A stretch of 60,569 nt of DNA from Candidatus Udaeobacter sp. (GCA_036558805.1 DATBEX010000049.1:1-60569), one strand, 5' to 3'. Positions 1 to 9,668 are shown, numbered from the stretch's first letter. Numbers and translations: made by a program. Notes: a model not told the origin generated them from the letters alone.

Positions 1-1806
1 ACCGTTGGCAACGGTCTTAAGAGCAGGATCAGTGAGGCTTACCAGCACCGTGAAATTGGACTGTGTGCTGGGAACCTTGGTATGATCGATGGTCATTGGC
101 CTCTGGCATGCATTCCCGGATGGAGTTCCTGTTGGCGTTGCCGTTGCTGTTGGAGTTGGCGTTGCAGTCGGTGTTGCTGTTGGACTAGGTGTCGGTGGTG
201 GAGGAGTGGCAGTAGGAGTTGAAGTCGCGGTTGGCGAAGGAGTAGCAGTGGGAGTAGGCGTAGGCGTTCCTCCTGGCAGTCTAAAAGCAAAGACCTTGTT
301 GTCGCCCGCAACGTAGATACGCCCACGGGCAGCGACGCCGGTGTTTCTCCACTTGTGCATCCCCGCCATCAATTCGTGGGCGCCGCCACCACCATAGACG
401 ACAGAACCTGTATCTCCGTCGTAACCGTGCAATCGCTGGTCGCCACCGCTACCTAGGTTGTCAGTACTGGTACCTACCACCCACACGATCGTGTTATTAG
501 TCCCGTCCGTGGAGGTCACGAAAGGTGACCCGCAGCCGTTACTGGGGAACGTACTCCATCCGCTGACGATGGTAGGTGGATTGGTTGCAGTAATGCGGAA
601 AGTGCCGAGTGCGTCAGCGCCGGCGCGAAAAGCAACATACGTGCCTTGGTTAGTTCGGTAGGCCGCCGGGCCCCCATAGATGTAGCTGAAGGCCACCTGT
701 GCTTCTGCTATCGGCGCCCTGATACCACCGAGATTATCGCGATTAAGTAGATGTACGTATTCATCTTTGCCCAGTTGGACGACAAGACGGGAGGGCGTTG
801 CGCCCGGCACGTCCACCAGTAACGGACCTGCGGCCCCTACATCAACGGTCTGCTGATCGAGGCTCGACCAATTGACCGGCACCCAGTAATCACTGGTATT
901 GCCGCTAAAAACCGGGCCGGGTTGAAAACGAATCACCGCCTGGCCGCCGCTCCAGTGAGCAGGTTGGAAAGTGTTACCGGTGCTAACGAACGGGTTATTG
1001 CCGTCACTGGCAACGCCACCAGCGCTCCATACGCCGCCACCGATAGCGCTGGTGGCCCATGCTGTTACACTTGCCGAGTTGTTTATCTGCACTCCCACCA
1101 GCCAGCCATGGTAAACGCTGCAATCCGAGTGACTCCCATATCCCACATAAAGGATGTTGCCCACTATGCCGAGCGCCGCTGATTGCATTTGGTTGGCTGC
1201 AATGAAGTTCGTGCCGTTGTATTGGGCTGTCAGCTCCACGTCCACCGGCCAACCCGGGTTAATAGCGCCCGTGTCTACATTGAGAGAGATGATGTAATGT
1301 TTGAGGGTCGTCCCGCCATCGGGTGTTGTCAGTGCGCCCACAAAGAGCGCACGCGAAGGCAGATCGACAACAGGAGTACTGATGATCCCCGCGGAACCAA
1401 CCTCAGTGCAGAAGATATCATTTGCTGGCACCGGAGGACCTACATTTCGTTGCCAAATAATGGTGCCATTAACAGGGTTGAGTGCGTAGACATTATTCGA
1501 ACTGGTTGCAATAATGAGCATTGCTCCGTTTGGACCGCCCTCGATGTAAAGGGGCTGCGTTAGAACGCTGCCTACGATCGTACCGTTGAAGTTTAAGTCA
1601 CGCGTCAGGTTCGCGGCCGCCGCTTGGGTGAAGGCCGAATCGATGTAAAGACCATCACGGGAACTATTATTGTGATACTGGGTAACGTTAACCTGCGCGT
1701 TTGTCGGAACAATAACGCTCCACAAACCTGCGGCTACAAGCCAATAAATGGAAAATACTGTTTTCAAAGGTCGAGATGATAGCACTACACCGTTCTGATC
1801 TTGCAT
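1..1806 (-). CDS. Secreted PQQ-like beta-propeller protein with Thr/Pro-rich linker and the start of a DUF2341-like domain; 3' end runs off the left edge (partial)
   Basis: Absent from the ORF track because there is no stop in the window. Hand translation from ATG at 1806 stays open for 602 codons to base 1. N-terminus MQDQNGVVLSSRPLKTVFSIYWLVAAGLWSVIVPTNAQ looks like a signal/TM segment. Then VTQYHNNSSRDGLY and blade-like motifs (NNVYALNPVNGTIIWQR, RIYVAGDNKVFAF), linker TPTPTPTATPSPTAT.., then MTIDHTKVPSTQSNFTVLVSL. Confidence 0.75.
   Translation of the reverse strand, partial: MQDQNGVVLSSRPLKTVFSIYWLVAAGLWSVIVPTNAQVNVTQYHNNSSRDGLYIDSAFTQAAAANLTRDLNFNGTIVGSVLTQPLYIEGGPNGAMLIIATSSNNVYALNPVNGTIIWQRNVGPPVPANDIFCTEVGSAGIISTPVVDLPSRALFVGALTTPDGGTTLKHYIISLNVDTGAINPGWPVDVELTAQYNGTNFIAANQMQSAALGIVGNILYVGYGSHSDCSVYHGWLVGVQINNSASVTAWATSAIGGGVWSAGGVASDGNNPFVSTGNTFQPAHWSGGQAVIRFQPGPVFSGNTSDYWVPVNWSSLDQQTVDVGAAGPLLVDVPGATPSRLVVQLGKDEYVHLLNRDNLGGIRAPIAEAQVAFSYIYGGPAAYRTNQGTYVAFRAGADALGTFRITATNPPTIVSGWSTFPSNGCGSPFVTSTDGTNNTIVWVVGTSTDNLGSGGDQRLHGYDGDTGSVVYGGGGAHELMAGMHKWRNTGVAARGRIYVAGDNKVFAFRLPGGTPTPTPTATPSPTATSTPTATPPPPTPSPTATPTATPTPTATATPTGTPSGNACQRPMTIDHTKVPSTQSNFTVLVSLTDPALKTVANG
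118..274 (-). repeat. Low-complexity Thr/Pro/Ala-coding linker inside CDS 1..1806
   Basis: A run of ACN/CCN/GCN codons on the minus strand (GGTPTPTPTATPSPTATSTPTATPPPPTPSPTATPTATPTPTATATPTGTPSG). It also generates the spurious GVGVAV-type ORFs 89..316 and 93..326. Confidence 0.8.
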
Positions 1807-1972
1807 AGGTCGCGAGCCACCTGTGTTATACAAAGCAAGGCAGCAAATCAAGTTCCAAAAGAGAGAGATGTTTAAGAAACGTTAGGACCAGGTATCTGTC
1901 CTGGTTTGGGATGAAGATGCAATCGAGAGGCTCGTGCTACCCCGCTTCCGAAATTCGTAAAGTATTCCGACG

Positions 1973-3016
1973 TCATTTACAACATCCCGGCGGAGATGCC
2001 TGTGGATGCTGCACGGGAGTGGAACGATTTACACGGGCTTGGTTAGCTAATGTGGCGGAGCTGGACGAAGTCCTCGAAGGTTCCGGACCACCAATCCGAA
2101 AAGCGACGGCGTAACGGGTTTGCCAGTCAGGCCTCTTTCGGTTGAGAGGCTCAAGCGCCCACCAGGCCCATGGCCAGTCGGCTCGCACAGAGCGATCGCC
2201 GTCGTGGATTTCTTCTACCAAATCCCGCACTGGCTCCCAGCCAAGGCCGATTGCAGTCTTCGTTCGAACGTCCAAATCGACTCCTGAAACAAAAAGGTAC
2301 CCTCCTGGACTAACAAATCGTGCAATATTGCCGAGGCATCTTTCAGCTTCGGCTTGGGGCATGTGACAGAGAAAGTTACTCGCGACCACGATGTCTTGAG
2401 GCCCAAGAATGCTTATAAGTTCCGGGTCAGCTACATCCTGAACGTGCCACCTGATCCCTTCTTTGAGCCATGATTTGACTGTGGCCTGATCGCCATCCCA
2501 ATCGAACATTTCAACCTTCTCAGCCTCAGTCAATCGTTCAAAAATCGAAGCACCAACCAGGTCGGAGGTGTTGGGAGTATAGATGCCTTTCTCGGCGAAG
2601 CTCACTATCTCCGGCGAAATATCCACTGCCTCCAGGATTACCTTTAAGTCCGGCCGTGTTGCGCGCAGGGTCCAGAGGATTGAATAAATCTCGGCTCCGA
2701 CGCTACAACCCAGCACGGCAATCGTTAACGTTGCGCCGTGGGGCTTCTGGCCGGCCACGCGGCGCATCAATTCCAGTGCTGGACGATTCCTAAGGAAGAA
2801 GGTGCCAAAGAACTGCTGGCGTCTGGCGCTTAGGCACACCAAGCTATGCAACCACATCCCGTACGAACGAATGACGTTCAGATTTCGTACGCGGGAAGGG
2901 AGACGGTTCCATACGAGCTTGTTCAGCCGCAGGTAAAAGCCGACAGGAGACCTGCCCAAGAACTGGAAGCGCGCCAGCTTGGCCAGGATTGGATGAGACC
3001 CTTGGTTGTTTATCAC
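1973..3016 (-). CDS. CheR-type SAM-dependent methyltransferase-like protein
   Basis: 347-aa ORF. TIAVLGCSVGAEIYSILWTL .. LEAVDISPEIVSFAEKGIY .. IVVASNFLCHM fits the CheR methyltransferase core pattern (GCSxGEExYS .. ATDI .. CRNVLIYF). Start uncertain (an internal Met is possible). Confidence 0.65.
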   Translation of the reverse strand: MINNQGSHPILAKLARFQFLGRSPVGFYLRLNKLVWNRLPSRVRNLNVIRSYGMWLHSLVCLSARRQQFFGTFFLRNRPALELMRRVAGQKPHGATLTIAVLGCSVGAEIYSILWTLRATRPDLKVILEAVDISPEIVSFAEKGIYTPNTSDLVGASIFERLTEAEKVEMFDWDGDQATVKSWLKEGIRWHVQDVADPELISILGPQDIVVASNFLCHMPQAEAERCLGNIARFVSPGGYLFVSGVDLDVRTKTAIGLGWEPVRDLVEEIHDGDRSVRADWPWAWWALEPLNRKRPDWQTRYAVAFRIGGPEPSRTSSSSATLANQARVNRSTPVQHPQASPPGCCK

Positions 3017-3028
3017 AACGAAATTCTC

Positions 3029-4321
3029 TTAACCGTTCGTTTGCTCAAAAGCATTAGAGACAAGGGTGTATTGTTCGTCCAACGTTTTGCGATATTCCTC
3101 GATCTTCTGTTTAATATAAGGCTTGAGCGTCTCGGCATTCGTTTCGAGTCTAACAAACCTATCGATCAAATTGTCAAAATCCAGGTTAGCAAGAGGAAGG
3201 CAGTATTCTGCCAGCCCTATTTCAGTCATTAACGAATTTAGCTTCATATGATCTGACAAGCAGATCACTGGTTTGTTGAGCATTAGAGCCAATACGAGGT
3301 TATGAAATCGTGATGTGACTAAAAAGTCGACGGCTGCGATTTGAGACAACAACTGTGCTACCGTGAGAACCGGTTCACTAATAATCTGATCTTCTTTTCT
3401 TACTAATCGGCGCTCGCGCAGTAATTCCAGGAAATCCTCTTTCACTCCACTGTCGTACAAAACGTCTCCGATTATCACTCGCACGGTGTAATTTCTATCG
3501 CACAACCAAACCGCCAAATTTGCCAGCGCGTTCAAGTAATCGCGATAGGTGCGATTATTGTGGCGATCACGCAGACCCTCGCGGCCAAGATAGTCCTTCA
3601 AGCCAATACCGATAACGGGCCTTTGTCTACCTAGGTTCTGACATGTTGGCAGCAGTGTGCTTTGCAAGCTAAACGCCAAGTCTGGATAAACGCGGTCACT
3701 ACCACGACAAGGGCCCATTTTCTCTACGTACTGTTTCGAGGCGATGTCTCGGTAGCTACGGTAGTCCGAGAAATTGAGACTCGCCCTAATGAACCATCTG
3801 CTTAGAGGATGGTATATCGGACCGACTCCTATGTTTAGGAAAAGCAACCTAGCCCTGCATACTTTCGCAATGATCGACCATTTAAATATATCGTAGGGCC
3901 AGCTAAACGGTCCAGTCACATAATCTGACACCACCTGCGTTCCCGGAACGATGAGCATTTGACTCCCCTTGATTACGTTAAAGCCCTTAGCCCAATGGAT
4001 CACTTCCAGAGGAATTCGGAAGAGAATCTTTCGCAGTAATTTCATCAACCTTGAGCGTCGCCCAGACCACAACTGGGAGTCTAACCAGGCGGGATAGCCT
4101 CGATGGACGGCAAATGCGGGGACGCCGTGTCTTAGTTCCGTATCCTCCGGAACTGTGCAAACACATGTAAATCTCGCGTCCGGCAATGCCTTATGGATGT
4201 TGTACATCGTAGCCTGCAACGTGCATTCATTGCCCAAATTCTGGTTACCAAACACACCGAAAAAGACGATTTTGTTACTCTTTTTGTTTTGTCTCATTTC
4301 GCGATCAAAATCGTTTGCCAA
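3029..4321 (-). CDS. Polysaccharide pyruvyl transferase family protein (CsaB/WcaK-like)
   Basis: 430-aa ORF. N-terminal IVFFGVFGNQNLGNECTLQA and C-terminal FLVTSRFHNLVLALMLNKPVICLS are typical of the PS_pyruv_trans family. Confidence 0.75.
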   Translation of the reverse strand: MANDFDREMRQNKKSNKIVFFGVFGNQNLGNECTLQATMYNIHKALPDARFTCVCTVPEDTELRHGVPAFAVHRGYPAWLDSQLWSGRRSRLMKLLRKILFRIPLEVIHWAKGFNVIKGSQMLIVPGTQVVSDYVTGPFSWPYDIFKWSIIAKVCRARLLFLNIGVGPIYHPLSRWFIRASLNFSDYRSYRDIASKQYVEKMGPCRGSDRVYPDLAFSLQSTLLPTCQNLGRQRPVIGIGLKDYLGREGLRDRHNNRTYRDYLNALANLAVWLCDRNYTVRVIIGDVLYDSGVKEDFLELLRERRLVRKEDQIISEPVLTVAQLLSQIAAVDFLVTSRFHNLVLALMLNKPVICLSDHMKLNSLMTEIGLAEYCLPLANLDFDNLIDRFVRLETNAETLKPYIKQKIEEYRKTLDEQYTLVSNAFEQTNG

Positions 4322-4462
4322 TGTGACCTGAAGTTTTGTTGATCGTTGTTACCTTTAGTTGCTGAATCCACACCCATTGCTACGAGAAGCGTTGCAGTGA
4401 GCTCATGAGGCGTGGCGCGGCTCGTGCCGTGATCCTTGTGCATTTACGCCTCGCGGAAGGCA

Positions 4463-5659
4463 CTACATCAATTGATGATTCCTGGCAATGTCTGCCAGTT
4501 CTTTCAGTCGTTTCTCCCGCAACTCGAGTTGCGGCATGGGCTCAAGCCCGGCAACGGCAAGAATTTGTTTCCAACGATACAACCAATCGTGGCGGAGGAG
4601 TGCTTCCGCTGCATTCCGGCGGCTGGCTTCACAAAGCCGCTCCGGTTGACCAGCAAGCTCAGTCAAAACCTCCGCGACATCGGAGCTATCGGGGTTGATT
4701 GGAATAACCGCGTCCTTCCAATCGAAAAGCTGGTGAAACAGCTCACAATTCGGGGCTTGGCCGATCATCACGGTACCTGCTGCCGCCCCTTCGTAAAATC
4801 TAGCCGGCACTTCAATTTGCCCTCGAGTCTCCTGTGGCAGATTCACCTTGCCAGGGGCAACCAAAAAATAGCGACTCCGCTTGACCTGGTTGGAGAGTAA
4901 TTCGCGGTGCTGCCTATGATTGGACACCAAGTTTTCCGCGCCAGCCTGGAGCGTTTCATAAACGTAGAACATGTTCCGCTCAGTAGTAAACTTAAGCAGC
5001 GTCCGGTGAAGACCGTCCAATCGACGTCCCAGGCTGTAAACGTCGATCACACGCGCTGGCGGGTTCGGGTAAGGGCTGAAACGTATCGCGTCCACTCCAT
5101 AGGGAAGGAAGTGGCAACGCCGGCCGATTACTTCGCTAATCGCATCGACACTCCCTTTGAAGCCAACGAACACGTGATCGAATCGCTTCAGGATGTGCAG
5201 GTAATTTCGGCTGAGGACAACTTCTGCGGAGTATAATTCGTCGAGCCAACATACGCTTGTCCTGCACCAATCCTTCCAATCCTGAAAGGCGTTCACATAA
5301 ATCAGATCTCGCAGAGTTTGGAAGCGACAAAAAAACAGGTCGTATTCTTTTCTGAGGCGGACCGGACGGAGTCCGGGGTTGACGGAGGCGAGCGTTCGAG
5401 TGACGTCCTTCCACAAAAGCCTGCGCTGGCATTTTTCTCTAAGCCTGAAGGCTATGCCCGGCTCCACTGGTAAGAGGTCAACATCATCCACCTCCGTGAA
5501 AACATCCTCAGCTTCGTAGTTCGCCGCCTCAAAGGCCATGCGGGCGACCCCTCTCCAGGTTGGGATGCAAACACGAGCTGCAGGCAATGACCCCGATGAT
5601 TGCGACAAGCGTCGCCCTTCAACTTGGTCGTTTAGCGTGTGCATATGTTCATAGCTCAC
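4463..5659 (-). CDS. Glycosyltransferase, GT1-like (CgeB / Glyco_trans_1_2-like C-terminal domain)
   Basis: 398-aa ORF. C-terminal half with RSRYFLVAPG .. VPARFYEGAAAGTVMIG resembles the CgeB-type GT-B C-terminal domain. Assignment is from motif memory only. Confidence 0.5.
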   Translation of the reverse strand: MSYEHMHTLNDQVEGRRLSQSSGSLPAARVCIPTWRGVARMAFEAANYEAEDVFTEVDDVDLLPVEPGIAFRLREKCQRRLLWKDVTRTLASVNPGLRPVRLRKEYDLFFCRFQTLRDLIYVNAFQDWKDWCRTSVCWLDELYSAEVVLSRNYLHILKRFDHVFVGFKGSVDAISEVIGRRCHFLPYGVDAIRFSPYPNPPARVIDVYSLGRRLDGLHRTLLKFTTERNMFYVYETLQAGAENLVSNHRQHRELLSNQVKRSRYFLVAPGKVNLPQETRGQIEVPARFYEGAAAGTVMIGQAPNCELFHQLFDWKDAVIPINPDSSDVAEVLTELAGQPERLCEASRRNAAEALLRHDWLYRWKQILAVAGLEPMPQLELREKRLKELADIARNHQLM

Positions 5660-5983
5660 CGAAACCCTCGCAACTACCAGGGCTGAAGAACTGGGGATCG
5701 ATTAGGCGTGTCACCGATTTTCATTTTGTCGGTGTGCACAGACACAAGATGGATACCAGACGCTTCGCATATTTCCCATGCACTCGTTTAGGGTAAAATT
5801 GAGATGCATCGCTTGCCTCTGCCCAATCCAGGCAGATCGGGCAAGCTGTTGCCTGTAACAAGACCATCGTTTCATGCGGCACATCGGACATGTGGTTGGT
5901 GAGATACCCACCCTTCGGCAGAACTGAGTCAGAATGGAAAAGCGCCGGAAACGCGCAAAGGGGGCTCAAAACAAACTGATCAG

Positions 5984-8218
5984 TTACGGTGCCGTCAAAC
6001 TCCAGCCCGCGGGGAGACTTGGACCAAATGCACCGCTGACGAAGAGGTTGTTGTTCAAATACCAGATCGCTGTTTGACGGGTGCCGGCATTATAAAGCAC
6101 ATAATCGGGTTTGCCGTCACCGTTGAAATCGGCGGTAGCTACCAACGCCCAGCCGCTGGGAACGGTGGGCCCCCAGGCGGCACCGTTAAGTGCTAGCCCT
6201 GATAAATAAGCGATCGCTGTGTAGCCCGAACCGGGATGGAATAAGACATAATCTGCGTGACCGTCTCCATCAAAATCCGCTGTACCCGCCAGTGTCCAGC
6301 CGACGGGAAGAATCGGGCCATAGCCACCGCCCACATAAACGTTATTGCTCAGATACCAGACAGCCGTTTGATTCGTGCCGGTGTTGTAAAGCACATAGTC
6401 GGGCTTGTTATCGCCGTTAAAATCGGTCGCCCCGACTAATTCCCAACCATTGGGAAGAGCGGGTCCAAAAGCATTCCCAATCCGAGTTGGCCCCGACAAA
6501 TACCAAAGTGCCGTTTGCGTCGTGGCGGGATTAAAGAGCGCGTAATCGATATGGTTATCACGGTTGAAATCCGCCCCAGCTCTTAGACTCCAGCCCGCGG
6601 TGAGACTTGGACCAAATGCACCGCTGACGAAGAGGTTGTTGTTCAAATACCAGATCGCTGTTTGGCGGGTGCCGGCATTATAAAGCACAAAGTCCGGCCT
6701 GCCATCACTGTCAAAGTCGGCCACTGCCGCTCGCGCCAAGCCAGTACCACCCGATGAAACTAATGGATGCGGATAAACGTACGGCGTATAACCTGGCTTA
6801 GCTGTGTCGTTGAAATAGTGCACATTGGCTCTGACGCCCGGTCCCGCGCTGAAATTGACTGGTGTGTTACCGGTTGTGTTGTTCCACGAGTAGCACGGCT
6901 CGGTCACTTGATTGTTCCATCCGCCGGGTCGGATTGGCGGCGTGCCCATGATCAAAGAACCGAGCGCCCGGCCGGGTTGATCAAGGGCGTGAACGACTTT
7001 GCGAATTTCAAGTGAATCGCCTGCGCAGAACGACATGGATGGCGGTGTTGGATAACCACCGTTATCCGCGTAAGTGATCGTGTTCGACGTGTTGCTCAGA
7101 ATCTCACTGAAATTGAGGCTGCCTGAGTTGCAAACATCACTGGTGCGCCTGAGAGCGTACCCTACCCAGTAGTTCGGTGTCCAGTTAACACCGGAAACGG
7201 TCACGGTTCTGCTCTGGCTGCTGGATGCCGCCGTCCCTGTGAAGAACGCGTTCGGCGCGTTTACGTCCCATGCATTTGTCCCATCGGCGCCGCCCCAGGG
7301 ATCAAATGGGAAGAAGTTTCTGAAATTTTGAAGTGTAAACGTTGCTGAATCACCCCAATATCCGCTAATGGCATTGTGGTGAAACAATACCCCTCCCGAG
7401 CGAACGCCGCCTACGAACCTGTTAATATCGGTTCCGGTAAATGTATTGTTATACACTTCCATTGCCCTTCCACCGCGCGCGCGTCCTGTGCTTTCAGTGC
7501 CGTGATTGGATATGAGGCCGTTGAGGATATTGTTGTGTCTGACAACAAACCGCCCTCCTGCGTAGGAATCTGTAATGCCTTTTTGGGTTTGGTCGCTATG
7601 TGTGAACGTGTTGTCCTCGATGAACAAGAACCAACCCGTCCCGAAGCCAGTCGGCGCCGCCCACGAACCATCACCTTGGGTTCGTCCGTTCCAATATGAA
7701 TCGTAGATATTGATTGGCAGGCCACTCCTGTCCATTACGAACGTGTTGTGATCTATGACTCCAATTACTGTATCGAATAGCGACGCACCATTCAGGTTGT
7801 TCCATTTACAGTGATCAAAACGAAATTTCGAGCCGTCCGTGTTTGATCCGACGACGCGCAATATGTCGATTGCCCTGTTCGTTCTGCCTCCGTCTTGAAA
7901 TTCAATCCCGGTGATCCGCGTTAGGTTGTTACCGGCGAGCGTAACTTGAATGAGTTGTCCAGATTGAACCCCATCCTTGACAACACTAATGCCTACTCCT
8001 GCGCCTTGCAGGGTGATCGCCTTGGTGATGGTGACTCCGGTTGTCCAATGTAAAATTCCTGCCGGGAGCGTGATGGTGTCGCCGTTCTGTGCTTGGTTAT
8101 TGTGGATGGACTGAACGCTTGCTGCGGTCCCATTAGAGTGATAGATCGCGGCCCGACAAACTGGAGCCAGAAAACTGCCTAAAAGTAGAATAAATACGAC
8201 GACTCCAGGTCGTTTCAT
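5984..8218 (-). CDS. Secreted right-handed beta-helix (pectin-lyase-fold-like) protein with five C-terminal FG-GAP/VCBS-like repeats
   Basis: 744-aa ORF with signal peptide MKRPGVVVFILLLGSFLAPVCRAA. Beta-helix-like N-terminal ~500 aa (FRFDHCKWNN, VIDHNTF, FIEDNTFTH, VVRHNNI, MEVYNNTF). Then 5 repeats of ADFxxDGxPDYVLYNxxTxQTAxWYL. Paralogue of 27447..29165. Confidence 0.75.
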   Translation of the reverse strand: MKRPGVVVFILLLGSFLAPVCRAAIYHSNGTAASVQSIHNNQAQNGDTITLPAGILHWTTGVTITKAITLQGAGVGISVVKDGVQSGQLIQVTLAGNNLTRITGIEFQDGGRTNRAIDILRVVGSNTDGSKFRFDHCKWNNLNGASLFDTVIGVIDHNTFVMDRSGLPINIYDSYWNGRTQGDGSWAAPTGFGTGWFLFIEDNTFTHSDQTQKGITDSYAGGRFVVRHNNILNGLISNHGTESTGRARGGRAMEVYNNTFTGTDINRFVGGVRSGGVLFHHNAISGYWGDSATFTLQNFRNFFPFDPWGGADGTNAWDVNAPNAFFTGTAASSSQSRTVTVSGVNWTPNYWVGYALRRTSDVCNSGSLNFSEILSNTSNTITYADNGGYPTPPSMSFCAGDSLEIRKVVHALDQPGRALGSLIMGTPPIRPGGWNNQVTEPCYSWNNTTGNTPVNFSAGPGVRANVHYFNDTAKPGYTPYVYPHPLVSSGGTGLARAAVADFDSDGRPDFVLYNAGTRQTAIWYLNNNLFVSGAFGPSLTAGWSLRAGADFNRDNHIDYALFNPATTQTALWYLSGPTRIGNAFGPALPNGWELVGATDFNGDNKPDYVLYNTGTNQTAVWYLSNNVYVGGGYGPILPVGWTLAGTADFDGDGHADYVLFHPGSGYTAIAYLSGLALNGAAWGPTVPSGWALVATADFNGDGKPDYVLYNAGTRQTAIWYLNNNLFVSGAFGPSLPAGWSLTAP
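6001..6100. repeat. 100-bp direct repeat, copy 1 (98/100 identical to 6589..6688), inside the FG-GAP repeat region
   Basis: Hand alignment of tccagcccgcggGgagactt...ctgtttgAcgggtgccggcattataaagcac against copy 2 shows only two mismatches. Confidence 0.9.
6589..6688. repeat. 100-bp direct repeat, copy 2
   Basis: See copy 1. Encodes the N-terminal-most FG-GAP module; copy 1 encodes the last module. Confidence 0.9.
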
Positions 8219-8378
8219 GACAAAGGATTGTTGAGAGTGAAAGCCTGAACCTGTCCTTGGTATCAGAATAAATTTTCATGGCAAGCATTTTTTCCCCTCC
8301 CTTCCAATTTTCTGAGGACGGGTCTTTGATCTGCGCTGGAAGCTCCAAGCCTGGGCTGGTGGACGTCCTGGGAACATT

Positions 8379-9665
8379 CTAAGCCTTCCACACTTTTCCC
8401 AGCGGTACCGGCACGCCAGCCATGGCGTTTCGTGTGTCGACTATGCACCGGGCCCATTCTCCGAGCTCATCATAGTTTACTGATGAATGGTTTGTTGCGA
8501 TGAGAACGACATCGAACTTTTCCATCGTTGCGCGGTTCCATTCGACCGATTTTTTTCCGGCGAATTGCGGGTGCTCTCGGGTTAGTTTGATCACCGGAAC
8601 ATAAGGGTCATGGTAAGCGACCTCCGCGCCTCGGTCCGATAGCAATTTCATTAACACGTAACTGGGCGACTCTCGCTCATCATCGACATTTGGCTTATAG
8701 GCCAAACCCAGAATCAGAATCCTGGACCCATTGATAGCCTTGTGTTGCATGTTGAGTGCATCTGCAATTATGTGCACGACGTGCTCGGGCATTCGCGTAT
8801 TGATCTCGCCCGCTAGTTCAATGAAACGCGTGTGTTGCCCATATTCGTGAGCCTTCCACGTGAGATAAAATGGATCGATTGGGATGCAATGCCCGCCAAG
8901 GCCAGGTCCGGGATAAAACGGCATGAACCCAAACGGCTTGGTCTTGGCTGCTCCAATTACTTCCCAGATGTCAATCCCCATGGCCGCATAAACCACCTTG
9001 AGCTCATTAACCAGCGCAATATTGACGCTCCGAAAGATATTCTCGAGTAATTTTGTAGCTTCAGCGACGCCACACGAAGAGACCGGCACAAGAGTGTCGA
9101 TCGCCTTACCATACAGCGCCATCGCGCGGTCGAGGCAGGTTGGCGAATAGCCCCCTACAACTTTCGGAATCGACTTGACCTTGCTCTGTTCGTTCGCTGG
9201 ATCCTCTCGCTCCGGTGAAAAGGCCAGGTGAAAATCTTCCCCAGCTTTCATTCCCGATCCTTCTTCAAGGACGGCCCGGAGATCGGTGTCAGTTGTACCG
9301 GGATAAGTCGTCGATTCCAGGACTACTAAAACGCCTTTGGAGAGATACGGCGCAATCGCCCGACCCGTCTCAAGAACGAACGAGGTGTCCGGCTCGCGAT
9401 TTTTGCTCAGGGGCGTTGGCACACAAATGATGACCGCTTGAACCTCTTTGATGTGACTGAAGTCCGTCGATGCCGAGAATTTTCCAGAATTCACTAATTC
9501 CGAGACGGCCGATCCTTCAATATGTTTGATGTAGCTTTGCCCTTTTTTCAGCAACTCGACTTTTTTGGGATCCACGTCGATCCCCAGCACGTCCACGCAT
9601 GAGCGCGCGAATTGAAGCGACAGCGGCAGCCCGACATAGCCAAGACCAATAACAGCGATTTTCAT
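8379..9665 (-). CDS. Nucleotide-sugar dehydrogenase, UDP-N-acetyl-D-glucosamine (or ManNAc) 6-dehydrogenase family (WbpA/TviB/WecC-like)
   Basis: 428-aa ORF. MKIAVIGLGYVGLPLS Rossmann start, FSPEREDPAN, GGHCIPIDP catalytic Cys motif, GLAYKPNVDDERESP. Confidence 0.85.
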   Translation of the reverse strand: MKIAVIGLGYVGLPLSLQFARSCVDVLGIDVDPKKVELLKKGQSYIKHIEGSAVSELVNSGKFSASTDFSHIKEVQAVIICVPTPLSKNREPDTSFVLETGRAIAPYLSKGVLVVLESTTYPGTTDTDLRAVLEEGSGMKAGEDFHLAFSPEREDPANEQSKVKSIPKVVGGYSPTCLDRAMALYGKAIDTLVPVSSCGVAEATKLLENIFRSVNIALVNELKVVYAAMGIDIWEVIGAAKTKPFGFMPFYPGPGLGGHCIPIDPFYLTWKAHEYGQHTRFIELAGEINTRMPEHVVHIIADALNMQHKAINGSRILILGLAYKPNVDDERESPSYVLMKLLSDRGAEVAYHDPYVPVIKLTREHPQFAGKKSVEWNRATMEKFDVVLIATNHSSVNYDELGEWARCIVDTRNAMAGVPVPLGKVWKA

Positions 9666-9668
9666 TTT

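Noticed and set aside
89-326. ORFs 89..316 (+) and 93..326 (-) with GVGVAV / LLPLLLL low-complexity products
   Set aside because: They are off-frame or antisense shadows of the Thr/Pro linker codon run inside the real minus-strand CDS 1..1806.
1887-1905. Hairpin ACCAGG-tatctgt-CCTGGT between the CheR-like gene and the left-edge CDS, considered as a terminator
   Set aside because: The stem is only 6 bp and no convincing U-tract follows on the minus strand. This is too weak to call.
5660-5983. Small minus-strand ORFs 5711..5911 and 5721..5969 in the 324-bp gap, one with a CPICLDW motif
   Set aside because: They are two mutually overlapping frames with no recognisable domain and no RBS. The gap is more likely an internal promoter or spacer. 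Coding cannot be excluded without comparative data.
5990-6760. Regularly spaced ~150-bp repeats that could superficially resemble a repeat array
   Set aside because: They are in-frame FG-GAP/VCBS protein modules of one CDS, not a CRISPR array or non-coding repeats.
8133-8348. Purine-rich GGGAGGGG followed by ATG (MLAMKIYSDTKDRF..) upstream of, and overlapping, the beta-helix gene start
   Set aside because: It overlaps the 5' end of CDS 5984..8218 out of frame, and the product has no features. The SD-like tract may be coincidental.
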